From assembly GCA_964057225.1 (NCBI GenBank), contig OZ059896.1, positions 310,001 through 374,000 on the forward strand: a stretch of 64,000 nucleotides of DNA, given 5' to 3'. Under the pieces are notes generated by a model. That model was given only the letters and a program-made list of their open reading frames with translations, made no database searches and had not been told where the DNA came from. The translations under genes and the position numbers were made by a program. Numbering within the stretch: the stretch's first letter is position 1; each line of letters opens with the position of its first letter. Source of the stretch: Auanema rhodensis (lineage: Eukaryota; Animalia; Nematoda). Below are positions 28,376-42,805 of this stretch, piece by piece.

Positions 28376-31300
28376 ATATCAATAAAAATTTGTTTTTAGA
28401 CTAATATGGACATGGGGAATCTAATTTTGAAAACCGCATCTCTTTATCTTTCACGTGAAGCGAGTTACATACCAAGTGCACATCACGTGTACATTTAATT
28501 AGCATAAATTAAAGTTCACGTAAATTTCAAAGTCATGGTTACCATGCACCAATATCAATAAAAATTTGTTTTTAGACTAATATGGACATGGGGAATCTAA
28601 TTTTGAAAACCGCATCTTTTTATCTTTCACGTGAAGCGAGTTACATACCAAGTGCACATCACGTGTACATTTAATTAGCATAAATTAAAGTTCACGTAAA
28701 TTTCAAAGTCATGGTTACCATGAACCAATATCAATAAAAATTTGTTTTTAGACTAATATGGACATGGGGAATCTAATTTTGAAAACCGCATCTCTTTATC
28801 TTTCACGTGAAGCGAGTTACATACCAAGTGCACATCACGTGTACATTTAATTAGCATAAATTAAAGTTCACGTAAATTTCAAAGTCATGGTTACCATGAA
28901 CCAATATCAATAAAAATTTGTTTTTAGACTAATATGGACATGGGGAATCTAATTTTGAAAACCGCATCTTTTTATCTTTCACGTGAAGCGAGTTACATAC
29001 CAAGTGCACATCACGTGTACATTTAATTAGCATAAATTAAAGTTCACGTAAATTTCAAAGTCATGGTTACCATGCACCAATATCAATAAAAATTTGTTTT
29101 TAGACTAATATGGACATGGGGAATCTAATTTTGAAAACCGCATCTCTTTATCTTTCACGTGAAGCGAGTTACATACCAAGTGCACATCACGTGTACATTT
29201 AATTAGCATAAATTAAAGTTCACGTAAATTTCAAAGTCATGGTTACCATGAACCAATATCAATAAAAATTTGTTTTTAGACTAATATGGACATGGGGAAT
29301 CTAATTTTGAAAACCGCATCTCTTTATCTTTCACGTGAAGCGAGTTACATACCAAGTGCACATCACGTGTACATTTAATTAGCATAAATTAAAGTTCACG
29401 TAAATTTCAAAGTCATGGTTACCATGCACCAATATCAATAAAAATTTGTTTTTAGACTAATATGGACATGGGGAATATAATTTTGAAAACCGCATCTCTT
29501 TATCTTTCACGTGAAGCGAGTTACATACCCAGTGCACATCACGTGTACATTTAATTAGCATAAATTAAAGTTCACGTAAATTTCAAAGTCATGGTTACCA
29601 TGAACCAATATCAATAAAAATTTGTTTTTAGACTAATATGGACATGGGGAATCTAATTTTGAAAACCGCATCTCTTTATCTTTCACGTGAAGCGAGTTAC
29701 ATACCAAGTGCACATCACATGTACATTTAATTAGCATAAATTAAAGTTCACGTAAATTTCAAAGTCATGGTTACCATGAAGCAATATCAATAAAAATTTG
29801 TTTTTAGACTAATATGGACATGGGGAATCTAATTTTGAAAACCGCATCTCTTTATCTTCCACGTGAAGCGAGTTACATACCAAGTGCACATCACGTGTAC
29901 ATTTAATTAGCATAAATTAAAGTTCACGTAAATTTCAAAGTCATGGTTACCATGAACCAATATCAAAAAAAATTTGTTTTTAGACTAATATGGACATGGG
30001 GAATCTAATTTTGAAAACCGCATCTCTTTATCTTTCACGTGAAGCGAGTTACATACCAAGTGCACATCACGTGTACATTTAATTAGCATAAATTAAAGTT
30101 CACGTAAAATTCAAAGTCATGGTTACCATGCACCAATATCAATAAAAATTTGTTTTTAGACTAATATGGACATGGGGAATCTAATTTTGAAAACCGCATC
30201 TCTTTATCTTTCACGTGAAGCGAGTTACATACCAAGTGCACATCACGTGTACATTTAATTAGCATAAATTAAAGTTCACGTAAATTTCAAAGTCATGGTT
30301 ACCATGCACCAATATCAATAAAAATTTGTTTTTAGACTAATATGGACATGGGGAATCTAATTTTGAAAACCGCATCTCTTTATCTTTCACGTGAAGCGAG
30401 TTACATACCAAGTGCACATCACGTGTACATTTAATTAGCATAAATTAAAGTTCACGTAAATTTCAAAGTCATGGTTACCATGCACCAATATCAATAAAAA
30501 TTTGTTTTTAGACTAATATGGACATGGGGAATCTAATTTTGAAAACCGCATCTCTTTATCTTTCACGTGAAGCGAGTTACATACCAAGTGCACATCACGT
30601 GTACATTTAATTAGCATAAATTAAAGTTCACGTAAATTTCAAAGTCATGGTTACCATGAAGCAATATCAATAAAAATTTGTTTTTAGACTAATATGGACA
30701 TGGGGAATCTAATTTTGAAAACCGCATCTCTTTATCTTTCACGTGAAGCGAGTTACATACCAAGTGCACATCACGTGTACATTTAATTAGCATAAATTAA
30801 AGTTCACGTAAATTTCAAAGTGATGGTTACCATGCACCAATATCAATAAAAATTTGTTTTTAGACTAATATGGACATGGGGAATCTAATTTTGAAAACCG
30901 CATCTCTTTATCTTTCACGTGAAGCGAGTTACATACCAAGTGCACATCACGTGTACATTTAATTAGCATAAATTAAAGTTCACGTAAATTTCAAAGTCAT
31001 GGTTACCATGAACCAATATCAATAAAAATTTGTTTTTAGACTAATATGGACATGGGAAATCTAATTTTGAAAACCGCATCTCTTTATCTTTCACGTGAAG
31101 CGAGTTACATACCAAGTGCACATCACGTGTACATTCAATTAGCATAAATTAAAGTTCACGTAAAATTCAAAGTCATGGTTACCATGCACCAATATCAATA
31201 AAAATTTGTTTTTAGACTAATATGGACAAGGGGAATCTAATTTTGAAAACCGCATCTCTTTATCTTTCATGTGAAGCGAGTTACATACCAAGTGCACATC

Positions 31301-34300
31301 ACGTGTACATTTAATTAGCATAAATTAAAGTTCACGTAAATTTCAAAGTCATGGTTACCATGCACCAATATCAATAAAAATTTGTTTTCAGACTAATATG
31401 GACATGGGGAATCTAATTTTGAAAACCGCATCTCTTTATCTTTCACGTGAAGCGAGTTACATACCAAGTGCACATCACGTGTACATTTAATTAGCATAAA
31501 TTAAAGTTCACGTAAATTTCAAAGTCATGGTTACCATGCACCAATATCAATAAAAATTTGTTTTTAGACTAATATGGACATGGGGAATCTAATTTTGAAA
31601 ACCGCATCTCTTTATCTTTCACGTGAAGCGAGTTACATACCAAGTGCACATCACGTGTACATTTAATTAGCATAAATTAAAGTTCACGTAAATTTCAAAG
31701 TCATGGTTACCATGCACCAATATCAATAAAAATTTGTTTTTAGACTAATATGTACATGGGGAATCTAATTTTGAAAACCGCATCTTTTTATCTTTCACGT
31801 GAAGCGAGTTACATACCAAGTGCACATCACGTGTACATTTAATTAGCATAAATTAAAGTTCACGTAAATTTCAAAGTCATGGTTACCATGAACCAATATC
31901 AATAAAAATTTGTTTTTAGACTAATATGGACATGGGGAATCTAATTTTGAAAACCGCATCTCTTTATCTTTCACGTGAAGCGAGTTACATACCAAGTGCA
32001 CATCACGTGTACATTTAATTAGCATAAATTAAAGTTCACGTAAATTTCAAAGTCATGGTTACCATGCACCAATATCAATAAAAATTTGTTTTTAGACTAA
32101 TATGTACATGGGGAATCTAATTTTGAAAACCGCATCTTTTTATCTTTCACGTGAAGCGAGTTACATACCAAGTGCACATCACGTGTACATTTAATTAGCA
32201 TAAATTAAAGTTCACGTAAATTTCAAAGTCATGGTTACCATGCACCAATATCAATAAAAATTTGTTTTTAGACTAATATGGACATGGGGAATCTAATTTT
32301 GAAAACCGCATCTCTTTATCTTTCACGTGAAGCGAGTTACATACCAAGTGCACATCACGTGTACATTTAATTAGCATAAATTAAAGTTCACGTAAATTTC
32401 AAAGTCATGGTTACCATGAACCAATATCAATAAAAATTTGTTTTTAGACTAATATGGACATGGGGAATCTAATTTTGAAAACCGCATCTCTTTATCTTTC
32501 ACGTGAAGCGAGTTACATACCAAGTGCACATCACGTGTACATTTAATTAGCATAAATTAAAGTTCACGTAAATTTCAAAGTCATGGTTACCATGCACCAA
32601 TATCAATAAAAATTTGTTTTTAGACTAATATGGACATGGGGAATATAATTTTGAAAACCGCATCTCTTTATCTTTCACGTGAAGCGAGTTACATACCCAG
32701 TGCACATCACGTGTACATTTAATTAGCATAAATTAAAGTTCACGTAAATTTCAAAGTCATGGTTACCATGAACCAATATCAATAAAAATTTGTTTTTAGA
32801 CTAATATGGACATGGGGAATCTAATTTTGAAAACCGCATCTCTTTATCTTTCACGTGAAGCGAGTTACATACCAAGTGCACATCACATGTACATTTAATT
32901 AGCATAAATTAAAGTTCACGTAAATTTCAAAGTCATGGTTACCATGAAGCAATATCAATAAAAATTTGTTTTTAGACTAATATGGACATGGGGAATCTAA
33001 TTTTGAAAACCGCATCTCTTTATCTTCCACGTGAAGCGAGTTACATACCAAGTGCACATCACGTGTACATTTAATTAGCATAAATTAAAGTTCACGTAAA
33101 TTTCAAAGTCATGGTTACCATGAACCAATATCAAAAAAAATTTGTTTTTAGACTAATATGGACATGGGGAATCTAATTTTGAAAACCGCATCTCTTTATC
33201 TTTCACGTGAAGCGAGTTACATACCAAGTGCACATCACGTGTACATTTAATTAGCATAAATTAAAGTTCACGTAAAATTCAAAGTCATGGTTACCATGCA
33301 CCAATATCAATAAAAATTTGTTTTTAGACTAATATGGACATGGGGAATCTAATTTTGAAAACCGCATCTCTTTATCTTTCACGTGAAGCGAGTTACATAC
33401 CAAGTGCACATCACGTGTACATTTAATTAGCATAAATTAAAGTTCACGTAAATTTCAAAGTCATGGTTACCATGCACCAATATCAATAAAAATTTGTTTT
33501 TAGACTAATATGGACATGGGGAATCTAATTTTGAAAACCGCATCTCTTTATCTTTCACGTGAAGCGAGTTACATACCAAGTGCACATCACGTGTACATTT
33601 AATTAGCATAAATTAAAGTTCACGTAAATTTCAAAGTCATGGTTACCATGCACCAATATCAATAAAAATTTGTTTTTAGACTAATATGGACATGGGGAAT
33701 CTAATTTTGAAAACCGCATCTCTTTATCTTTCACGTGAAGCGAGTTACATACCAAGTGCACATCACGTGTACATTTAATTAGCATAAATTAAAGTTCACG
33801 TAAATTTCAAAGTCATGGTTACCATGAAGCAATATCAATAAAAATTTGTTTTTAGACTAATATGGACATGGGGAATCTAATTTTGAAAACCGCATCTCTT
33901 TATCTTTCACGTGAAGCGAGTTACATACCAAGTGCACATCACGTGTACATTTAATTAGCATAAATTAAAGTTCACGTAAATTTCAAAGTGATGGTTACCA
34001 TGCACCAATATCAATAAAAATTTGTTTTTAGACTAATATGGACATGGGGAATCTAATTTTGAAAACCGCATCTCTTTATCTTTCACGTGAAGCGAGTTAC
34101 ATACCAAGTGCACATCACGTGTACATTCAATTAGCATAAATTAAAGTTCACGTAAAATTCAAAGTCATGGTTACCATGCACCAATATCAATAAAAATTTG
34201 TTTTTAGACTAATATGGACAAGGGGAATCTAATTTTGAAAACCGCATCTCTTTATCTTTCATGTGAAGCGAGTTACATACCAAGTGCACATCACGTGTAC

Positions 34301-37300
34301 ATTTAATTAGCATAAATTAAAGTTCACGTAAATTTCAAAGTCATGGTTACCATGCACCAATATCAATAAAAATTTGTTTTCAGACTAATATGGACATGGG
34401 GAATCTAATTTTGAAAACCGCATCTCTTTATCTTTCACGTGAAGCGAGTTACATACCAAGTGCACATCACGTGTACATTTAATTAGCATAAATTAAAGTT
34501 CACGTAAATTTCAAAGTCATGGTTACCATGCACCAATATCAATAAAAATTTGTTTTTAGACTAATATGGACATGGGGAATCTAATTTTGAAAACCGCATC
34601 TCTTTATCTTTCACGTGAAGCGAGTTACATACCAAGTGCACATCACGTGTACATTTAATTAGCATAAACTAAAGTTCACGTAAATTTCAAAGTCATGGTT
34701 ACCATGAACCAATATCAATAAAAATTTGTTTTTAGACTAATATGGACATGGGGAATCTAATTTTGAAAACCGCATCTCTTTATCTTTCACGTGAAGCGAG
34801 TTACATACCAAGTGCACATCACGTGTACATTTAATTAGCATAAATTAAAGTTCACGTAAATTTCAAAGTCATGGTTACCATGCACCAATATCAATAAAAA
34901 TTTGTTTTTAGACTAATATGGACATGGGGAATCTAATTTTGAAAACCGCATCTCTTTATCTTTCACGTGAAGCGAGTTACATACCAAGTGCACATCACGT
35001 GTACATTTAATTAGCATAAACTAAAGTTCACGTAAATTTCAAAGTCATGGTTACCATGAAGCAATATCAATAAAAATTTGTTTTTAGACTAATATGGACA
35101 TGGGGAATCTAATTTTGAAAACCGCATCTCTTTATCTTTCACGTGAAGCGAGTTACATACCAAGTGCACATCACGTGTACATTTAATTAGCATAAATTAA
35201 AGTTCACGTAAAATTCAAAGTCATGGTTACCATGCACCAATATCAATAAAAATTTGTTTTTAGACTAATATGGACAAGGGGAATCTAATTTTGAAAACCG
35301 CATCTCTTTATCTTTCATGTGAAGCGAGTTACATACCAAGTGCACATCACGTGTACATTTAATTAGCATAAATTAAAGTTCACGTAAATTTCAAAGTCAT
35401 GGTTACCATGCACCAATATCAATAAAAATTTGTTTTCAGACTAATATGGACATGGGGAATCTAATTTTGAAAACCGCATCTCTTTATCTTTCACGTGAAG
35501 CGAGTTACATACCAAGTGCACATCACGTGTACATTTAATTAGCATAAATTAAAGTTCACGTAAATTTCAAAGTCATGGTTACCATGCACCAATATCAATA
35601 AAAATTTGTTTTTAGACTAATATGGACATGGGGAATCTAATTTTGAAAACCGCATCTCTTTATCTTTCACGTGAAGCGAGTTACATACCAAGTGCACATC
35701 ACGTGTACATTTAATTAGCATAAATTAAAGTTCACGTAAATTTCAAAGTCATGGTTACCATGCACCAATATCAATAAAAATTTGTTTTTAGACTAATATG
35801 GACATGGGGAATCTAATTTTGAAAACCGCATCTCTTTATCTTTCACGTGAAGCGAGTTACATACCCAGTGCACATCACGTGTACATTTAATTAGCATAAA
35901 TTAAAGTTCACGTAAATTTCAAAGTCATGGTTACCATGAACCAATATCAATAAAAATTTGTTTTTAGACTAATATGGACATGGGGAATCTAATTTTGAAA
36001 ACCGCATCTCTTTATCTTTCACGTGAAGCGAGTTACATACCAAGTGCACATCACGTGTACATTTAATTAGCATAAATTAAAGTTCACGTAAATTTCAAAG
36101 TCATGGTTACCATGAAGCAATATCAATAAAAATTTGTTTTTAGACTAATATGGACATGGGGAATCTAATTTTGAAAACCGCATCTCTTTATCTTCCACGT
36201 GAAGCGAGTTACATACCAAGTGCACATCACGTGTACATTTAATTAGCATAAATTAAAGTTCACGTAAATTTCAAAGTCATGGTTACCATGAACCAATATC
36301 AAAAAAAATTTGTTTTTAGACTAATATGGACATGGGGAATCTAATTTTGAAAACCGCATCTCTTTATCTTTCACGTGAAGCGAGTTACATACCAAGTGCA
36401 CATCACGTGTACATTTAATTAGCATAAATTAAAGTTCACGTAAAATTCAAAGTCATGGTTACCATGAACCAATATCAATAAAAATTTGTTTTTAGACTAA
36501 TATGGACATGGGGAATCTAATTTTGAAAACCGCATCTCTTTATCTTTCACGTGAAGCGAGTTACATACCAAGTGCACATCACGTGTACATTTAATTAGCA
36601 TAAATTAAAGTTCACGTAAATTTCAAAGTCATGGTTACCATGCACCAATATCAATAAAAATTTGTTTTTAGACTAATATGGACATGGGGAATCTAATTTT
36701 GAAAACCGCATTTCTTTATCTTTCACGTGAAGCGAGTTACATACCAAGTGCACATCACGTGTACATTTAATTAGCATAAATTAAAGTTCACGTAAATTTC
36801 AAAGTCATGGTTACCATGAAGCAATATCAATAAAAATTTGTTTTTAGACTAATATGGACATGGGGAATCTAATTTTGAAAACCGCATCTCTTTATCTTTC
36901 ACGTGAAGCGAGTTACATACCAAGTGCACATCACGTGTACATTTAATTAGCATAAATTAAAGTTCACGTAAATTTCAAAGTCATGGTTACCATGCACCAA
37001 TATCAATAAAAATTTGTTTTTAGACTAATATGGACATGGGGAATCTAATTTTGAAAACCGCATCTCTTTATCTTTCACGTGAAGCGAGTTACATACCAAG
37101 TGCACATCACGTGTACATTTAATTAGCATAAATTAAAGTTCACGTAAATTTCAAAGTGATGGTTACCATGCACCAATATCAATAAAAATTTGTTTTTAGA
37201 CTAATATGGACATGGGGAATCTAATTTTGAAAACCGCATCTCTTTATCTTTCACGTGAAGCGAGTTACATACCAAGTGCACATCACGTGTACATTTAATT

Positions 37301-38055
37301 AGCATAAATTAAAGTTCACGTAAATTTCAAAGTCATGGTTACCATGAACCAATATCAATAAAAATTTGTTTTTAGACTAATATGGACATGGGAAATCTAA
37401 TTTTGAAAACCGCATCTCTTTATCTTTCACGTGAAGCGAGTTACATACCAAGTGCACATCACGTGTACATTCAATTAGCATAAATTAAAGTTCACGTAAA
37501 ATTCAAAGTCATGGTTACCATGCACCAATATCAATAAAAATTTGTTTTTAGACTAATATGGACAAGGGGAATCTAATTTTGAAAACCGCATCTCTTTATC
37601 TTTCATGTGAAGCGAGTTACATACCAAGTGCACATCACGTGTACATTTAATTAGCATAAATTAAAGTTCACGTAAATTTCAAAGTCATGGTTACCATGCA
37701 CCAATATCAATAAAAATTTGTTTTCAGACTAATATGGACATGGGGAATCTAATTTTGAAAACCGCATCTCTTTATCTTTCACGTGAAGCGAGTTACATAC
37801 CAAGTGCACATCACGTGTACATTTAATTAGCATAAATTAAAGTTCACGTAAATTTCAAAGTCATGGTTACCATGCACCAATATCAATAAAAATTTGTTTT
37901 TAGACTAATATGGACATGGGGAATCTAATTTTGAAAACCGCATCTCTTTATCTTTCACGTGAAGCGAGTTACATACCAAGTGCACATCACGTGTACATTT
38001 AATTAGCATAAACTAAAGTTCACGTAAATTTCAAAGTCATGGTTACCATGAACCA
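28376..38055 (+). repeat. Imperfect 18-monomer (3168 bp) higher-order repeat, about 3 copies
   Basis: ATACCCAG in monomers starting 29432/32600/35768, CTTCCACG at about 29858/33026/36194, GTGATGG at about 30821/33989/37157. GAATATA and CACATGT occur in the first two copies. Confidence 0.85.
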
Positions 38056-41000
38056 ATATCAATAAAAATTTGTTTTTAGACTAATATGGACATGGGGAAT
38101 CTAATTTTGAAAACCGCATCTCTTTATCTTTCACGTGAAGCGAGTTACATACCAAGTGCACATCACGTGTACATTTAATTAGCATAAATTAAAGTTCACG
38201 TAAATTTCAAAGTCATGGTTACCATGCACCAATATCAATAAAAATTTGTTTTTAGACTAATATGGACATGGGGAATCTAATTTTGAAAACCGCATCTCTT
38301 TATCTTTCACGTGAAGCGAGTTACATACCAAGTGCACATCACGTGTACATTTAATTAGCATAAACTAAAGTTCACGTAAATTTCAAAGTCATGGTTACCA
38401 TGAAGCAATATCAATAAAAATTTGTTTTTAGACTAATATGGACATGGGGAATCTAATTTTGAAAACCGCATCTCTTTATCTTTCACGTGAAGCGAGTTAC
38501 ATACCAAGTGCACATCACGTGTACATTTAATTAGCATAAATTAAAGTTCACGTAAAATTCAAAGTCATGGTTACCATGCACCAATATCAATAAAAATTTG
38601 TTTTTAGACTAATATGGACAAGGGGAATCTAATTTTGAAAACCGCATCTCTTTATCTTTCATGTGAAGCGAGTTACATACCAAGTGCACATCACGTGTAC
38701 ATTTAATTAGCATAAATTAAAGTTCACGTAAATTTCAAAGTCATGGTTACCATGCACCAATATCAATAAAAATTTGTTTTCAGACTAATATGGACATGGG
38801 GAATCTAATTTTGAAAACCGCATCTCTTTATCTTTCACGTGAAGCGAGTTACATACCAAGTGCACATCACGTGTACATTTAATTAGCATAAATTAAAGTT
38901 CACGTAAATTTCAAAGTCATGGTTACCATGCACCAATATCAATAAAAATTTGTTTTTAGACTAATATGGACATGGGGAATCTAATTTTGAAAACCGCATC
39001 TCTTTATCTTTCACGTGAAGCGAGTTACATACCAAGTGCACATCACGTGTACATTTAATTAGCATAAACTAAAGTTCACGTAAATTTCAAAGTCATGGTT
39101 ACCATGAACCAATATCAATAAAAATTTGTTTTTAGACTAATATGGACATGGGGAATCTAATTTTGAAAACCGCATCTCTTTATCTTTCACGTGAAGCGAG
39201 TTACATACCAAGTGCACATCACGTGTACATTTAATTAGCATAAATTAAAGTTCACGTAAATTTCAAAGTCATGGTTACCATGCACCAATATCAATAAAAA
39301 TTTGTTTTTAGACTAATATGGACATGGGGAATCTAATTTTGAAAACCGCATCTCTTTATCTTTCACGTGAAGCGAGTTACATACCAAGTGCACATCACGT
39401 GTACATTTAATTAGCATAAACTAAAGTTCACGTAAATTTCAAAGTCATGGTTACCATGAAGCAATATCAATAAAAATTTGTTTTTAGACTAATATGGACA
39501 TGGGGAATCTAATTTTGAAAACTGCATCTCTTTATCTTTCACGTGAAGCGAGTTACATACCAAGTGCACATCACGTGTACATTTAATTAGCATAAATTAA
39601 AGTTCACGTAAAATTCAAAGTCATGGTTACCATGCACCAATATCAATAAAAATTTGTTTTTAGACTAATATGGACATGGGGAATCTAATTTTGAAAACCG
39701 CATCTCTTTATCTTTTACGTGAAGCGAGTTACATACCAAGTGCACATCACGTGTACATTTAATTAGCATAAATTAAAGTTCACGTAAATTTCAAAGTCAT
39801 GGTTACCATGCACCAATATCAATAAAAATTTGTTTTTAGACTAATATGGACATGGGGAATCTAATTTTGAAAACCGCATCTCTTTATCTTTTACGTGAAG
39901 CGAGTTACATACCAAGTGCACATCACGTGTACATTTAATTAGCATAAATTAAAGTTCACGTAAATTTCAAAGTCATGGTTACCATGAACCAATATCAATA
40001 AAAATTTGTTTTTAGACTAATATGGACATGGGGAATCTGATTTTGAAAACCGCATCTCTTTATCTTTCACGTGAAGCGAGTTACATACCAAGTGCACATC
40101 ACGTGTACATTTAATTAGCATAAATTAAAGTTCACGTAAATTTCAAAGTCATGGTTACCATGAACCAATATCAATAAAATTTGTTTTTAGACTAATATGG
40201 ACATGGGGAATCTAATTTTGAAAACCGCATCTCTTTATCTTTAACGTGAAGCGAGTTACATACCAAGTGCACATCACGTGTACATTTAATTAGCATAAAT
40301 TAAAGTTCACGTAAATTTCAAAGTCATGGTTACCATGAACCAATATCAAAAAAAATTTGTTTTTAGACTAATATGGACATGGGGAATCTAATTGTGAAAA
40401 CCGCATCTCTTTATCTTTCACGTGAAGCGAGTTACATACCAAGTGCACATCACGTGTACATTTAATTAGCATAAATTAAAGTTCACGTAAAATTCAAAGT
40501 CATGGTTACCATGCACCAATATCAATAAAAATTTGTTTTTAGACTAATATGGACATGGGGAATCTAATTTTGAAAACCGCATCTCTTTATCTTTTACGTG
40601 AAGCGAGTTACATACCAAGTGCACATCACGTGTACATTTAATTAGCATAAATTAAAGTTCACGTAAATTTCAAAGTCATGGTTACCATGCACCAATATCA
40701 ATAAAAATTTGTTTTTAGACTAATATGGACATGGGGAATCTAATTTTGAAAACCGCATCTCTTTATCTTTAACGTGAAGCGAGTTACATACCAAGTGCAC
40801 ATCACGTGTACATTTAATTAGCATAAATTAAAGTTCACGTAAAATTCAAAGTCATGGTTACCATGCACCAATATCAATAAAAATTTGTTTTTAGACTAAT
40901 ATGGACATGGGGAATCTAATTCTGAAAACCGCATCTCTTTATCTTTTACGTGAAGCGAGTTACATACCAAGTGCACATCACGTGTACATTTAATTAGCAT

Positions 41001-42805
41001 AAATTAAAGTTCACGTAATTTTCAAAGTCATGGTTACCATGAACCAATATCAATAAAAATTTGTTTTTAGACTAATATGGACATGGGGAATCTAATTTTG
41101 AATACCGCATTTCTTTATCTTTCACGTGAAGCGAGTTACATACCAAGTGCACATCACGTGTACATTTAATTAGCATAAATTAAAGTTCACGTAAATTTCA
41201 AAGTCATGGTTACCATGCACCAATATCACTAAAATTTTGTTTTTAGACTAACATGGACATGGGGAATCTAATTTTGAAAACCGCATCTCTTTATCTTTCA
41301 CGTGAAGCGAGTTACATACCAAGTGCACATCACGTGTACATTTAATTAGCATAAATTAAAGTTCACGTAAATTTCAAAGTCATGGTTACCATGCACCAAT
41401 ATCAATAAAAATTTGTTTTTAGACTAATATGGACATGGGGAATCTAATTTTGAAAACCGCATCTCTTTATCTTTTACGTGAAGCGAGTTACATACCAAGT
41501 GCACATCACGTGTACATTTAATTAGCATAAATTAAAGTTCACGTAAATTTCAAAGTCATGGTTACCATGAACCAATATCAATAAAATTTGTTTTTAGACT
41601 AATATGGACATGAGGAATCTAATTTTGAAAACCGCATCTCTTTATCTTTAACGTGAAGCGAGTTACATACCAAGTGCACATCACGTGTACATTTAATTAG
41701 CATAAATTAAAGTTCACGTAAAATTCAAAGTCATGGTTACCATGCACCAATATCAATAAAAATTTGTTTTTAGACTAATATGGACATGGGGAATCTAATT
41801 CTGAAAACCGCATCTCTTTATCTTTTACGTGAAGCGAGTTACATACCAAGTGCACATCACGTGTACATTTAATTAGCATAAATTAAAGTTCACGTAATTT
41901 TCAAAGTCATGGTTACCATGAACCAATATCAATAAAAATTTGTTTTTAGACTAATATGGACATGGGGAATCTAATTTTGAAAACCGCATTTCTTTATCTT
42001 TCACGTGAAGCGAGTTACATACCAAGTGCACATCACGTGTACATTTAATTAGCATAAACTAAAGTTCACGTAAATTTCAAAGTCATGGTTACCATGAACC
42101 AATATCAATAAAAATTTGTTTTTAGACTAATATGGACATGGGGAATCTAATTTTGAAAACCGCATCTCTTTATCTTTCACGTGAAGCGAGTTACATACCA
42201 AGTGCACATCACGTGTACATTTAATTAGCATAAATTAAAGTTCACGTAAATTTCAAAGTCATGGTTACCATGAACCAATATCAATAAAAATTTGTTTTTA
42301 GACTAATATGGACATGGGGAATCTAATTTTGAAAACCGCATCTCTTTATCTTTCACGTGAAGCGAGTTACATACCAAGTGCACATCACGTGTACATTTAA
42401 TTAGCATAAATTAAAGTTCACGTAAATTTCAAAGTCATGGTTACCATGCACCAATATCAATAAAAATTGGTTTTTAGACTAATATTGACATGGGGAATCT
42501 AATTTTGAAAACCGCATCTCTTTATCTTTCACGTGAAGCGAGTTACATACCAAGTGCACATCACGTGTACATTTAATTAGCATAAATTAAAGTTCACGTA
42601 AATTTCAAAGTCATGGTTACCATGCACAAATATCAATAAAAATTTGTTTTTAGACTAATATGGACATGGGGAATCTAATTTTGAAAACCGCATCTCTTTA
42701 TCTTTCACGTGAAGCGAGTTACATACCAAGTGCACATCACGTGTACATTTAATTAGCATAAATTAAAGTTCACGTAAATTTCAAAGTTATGGTTACCATG
42801 CACCA

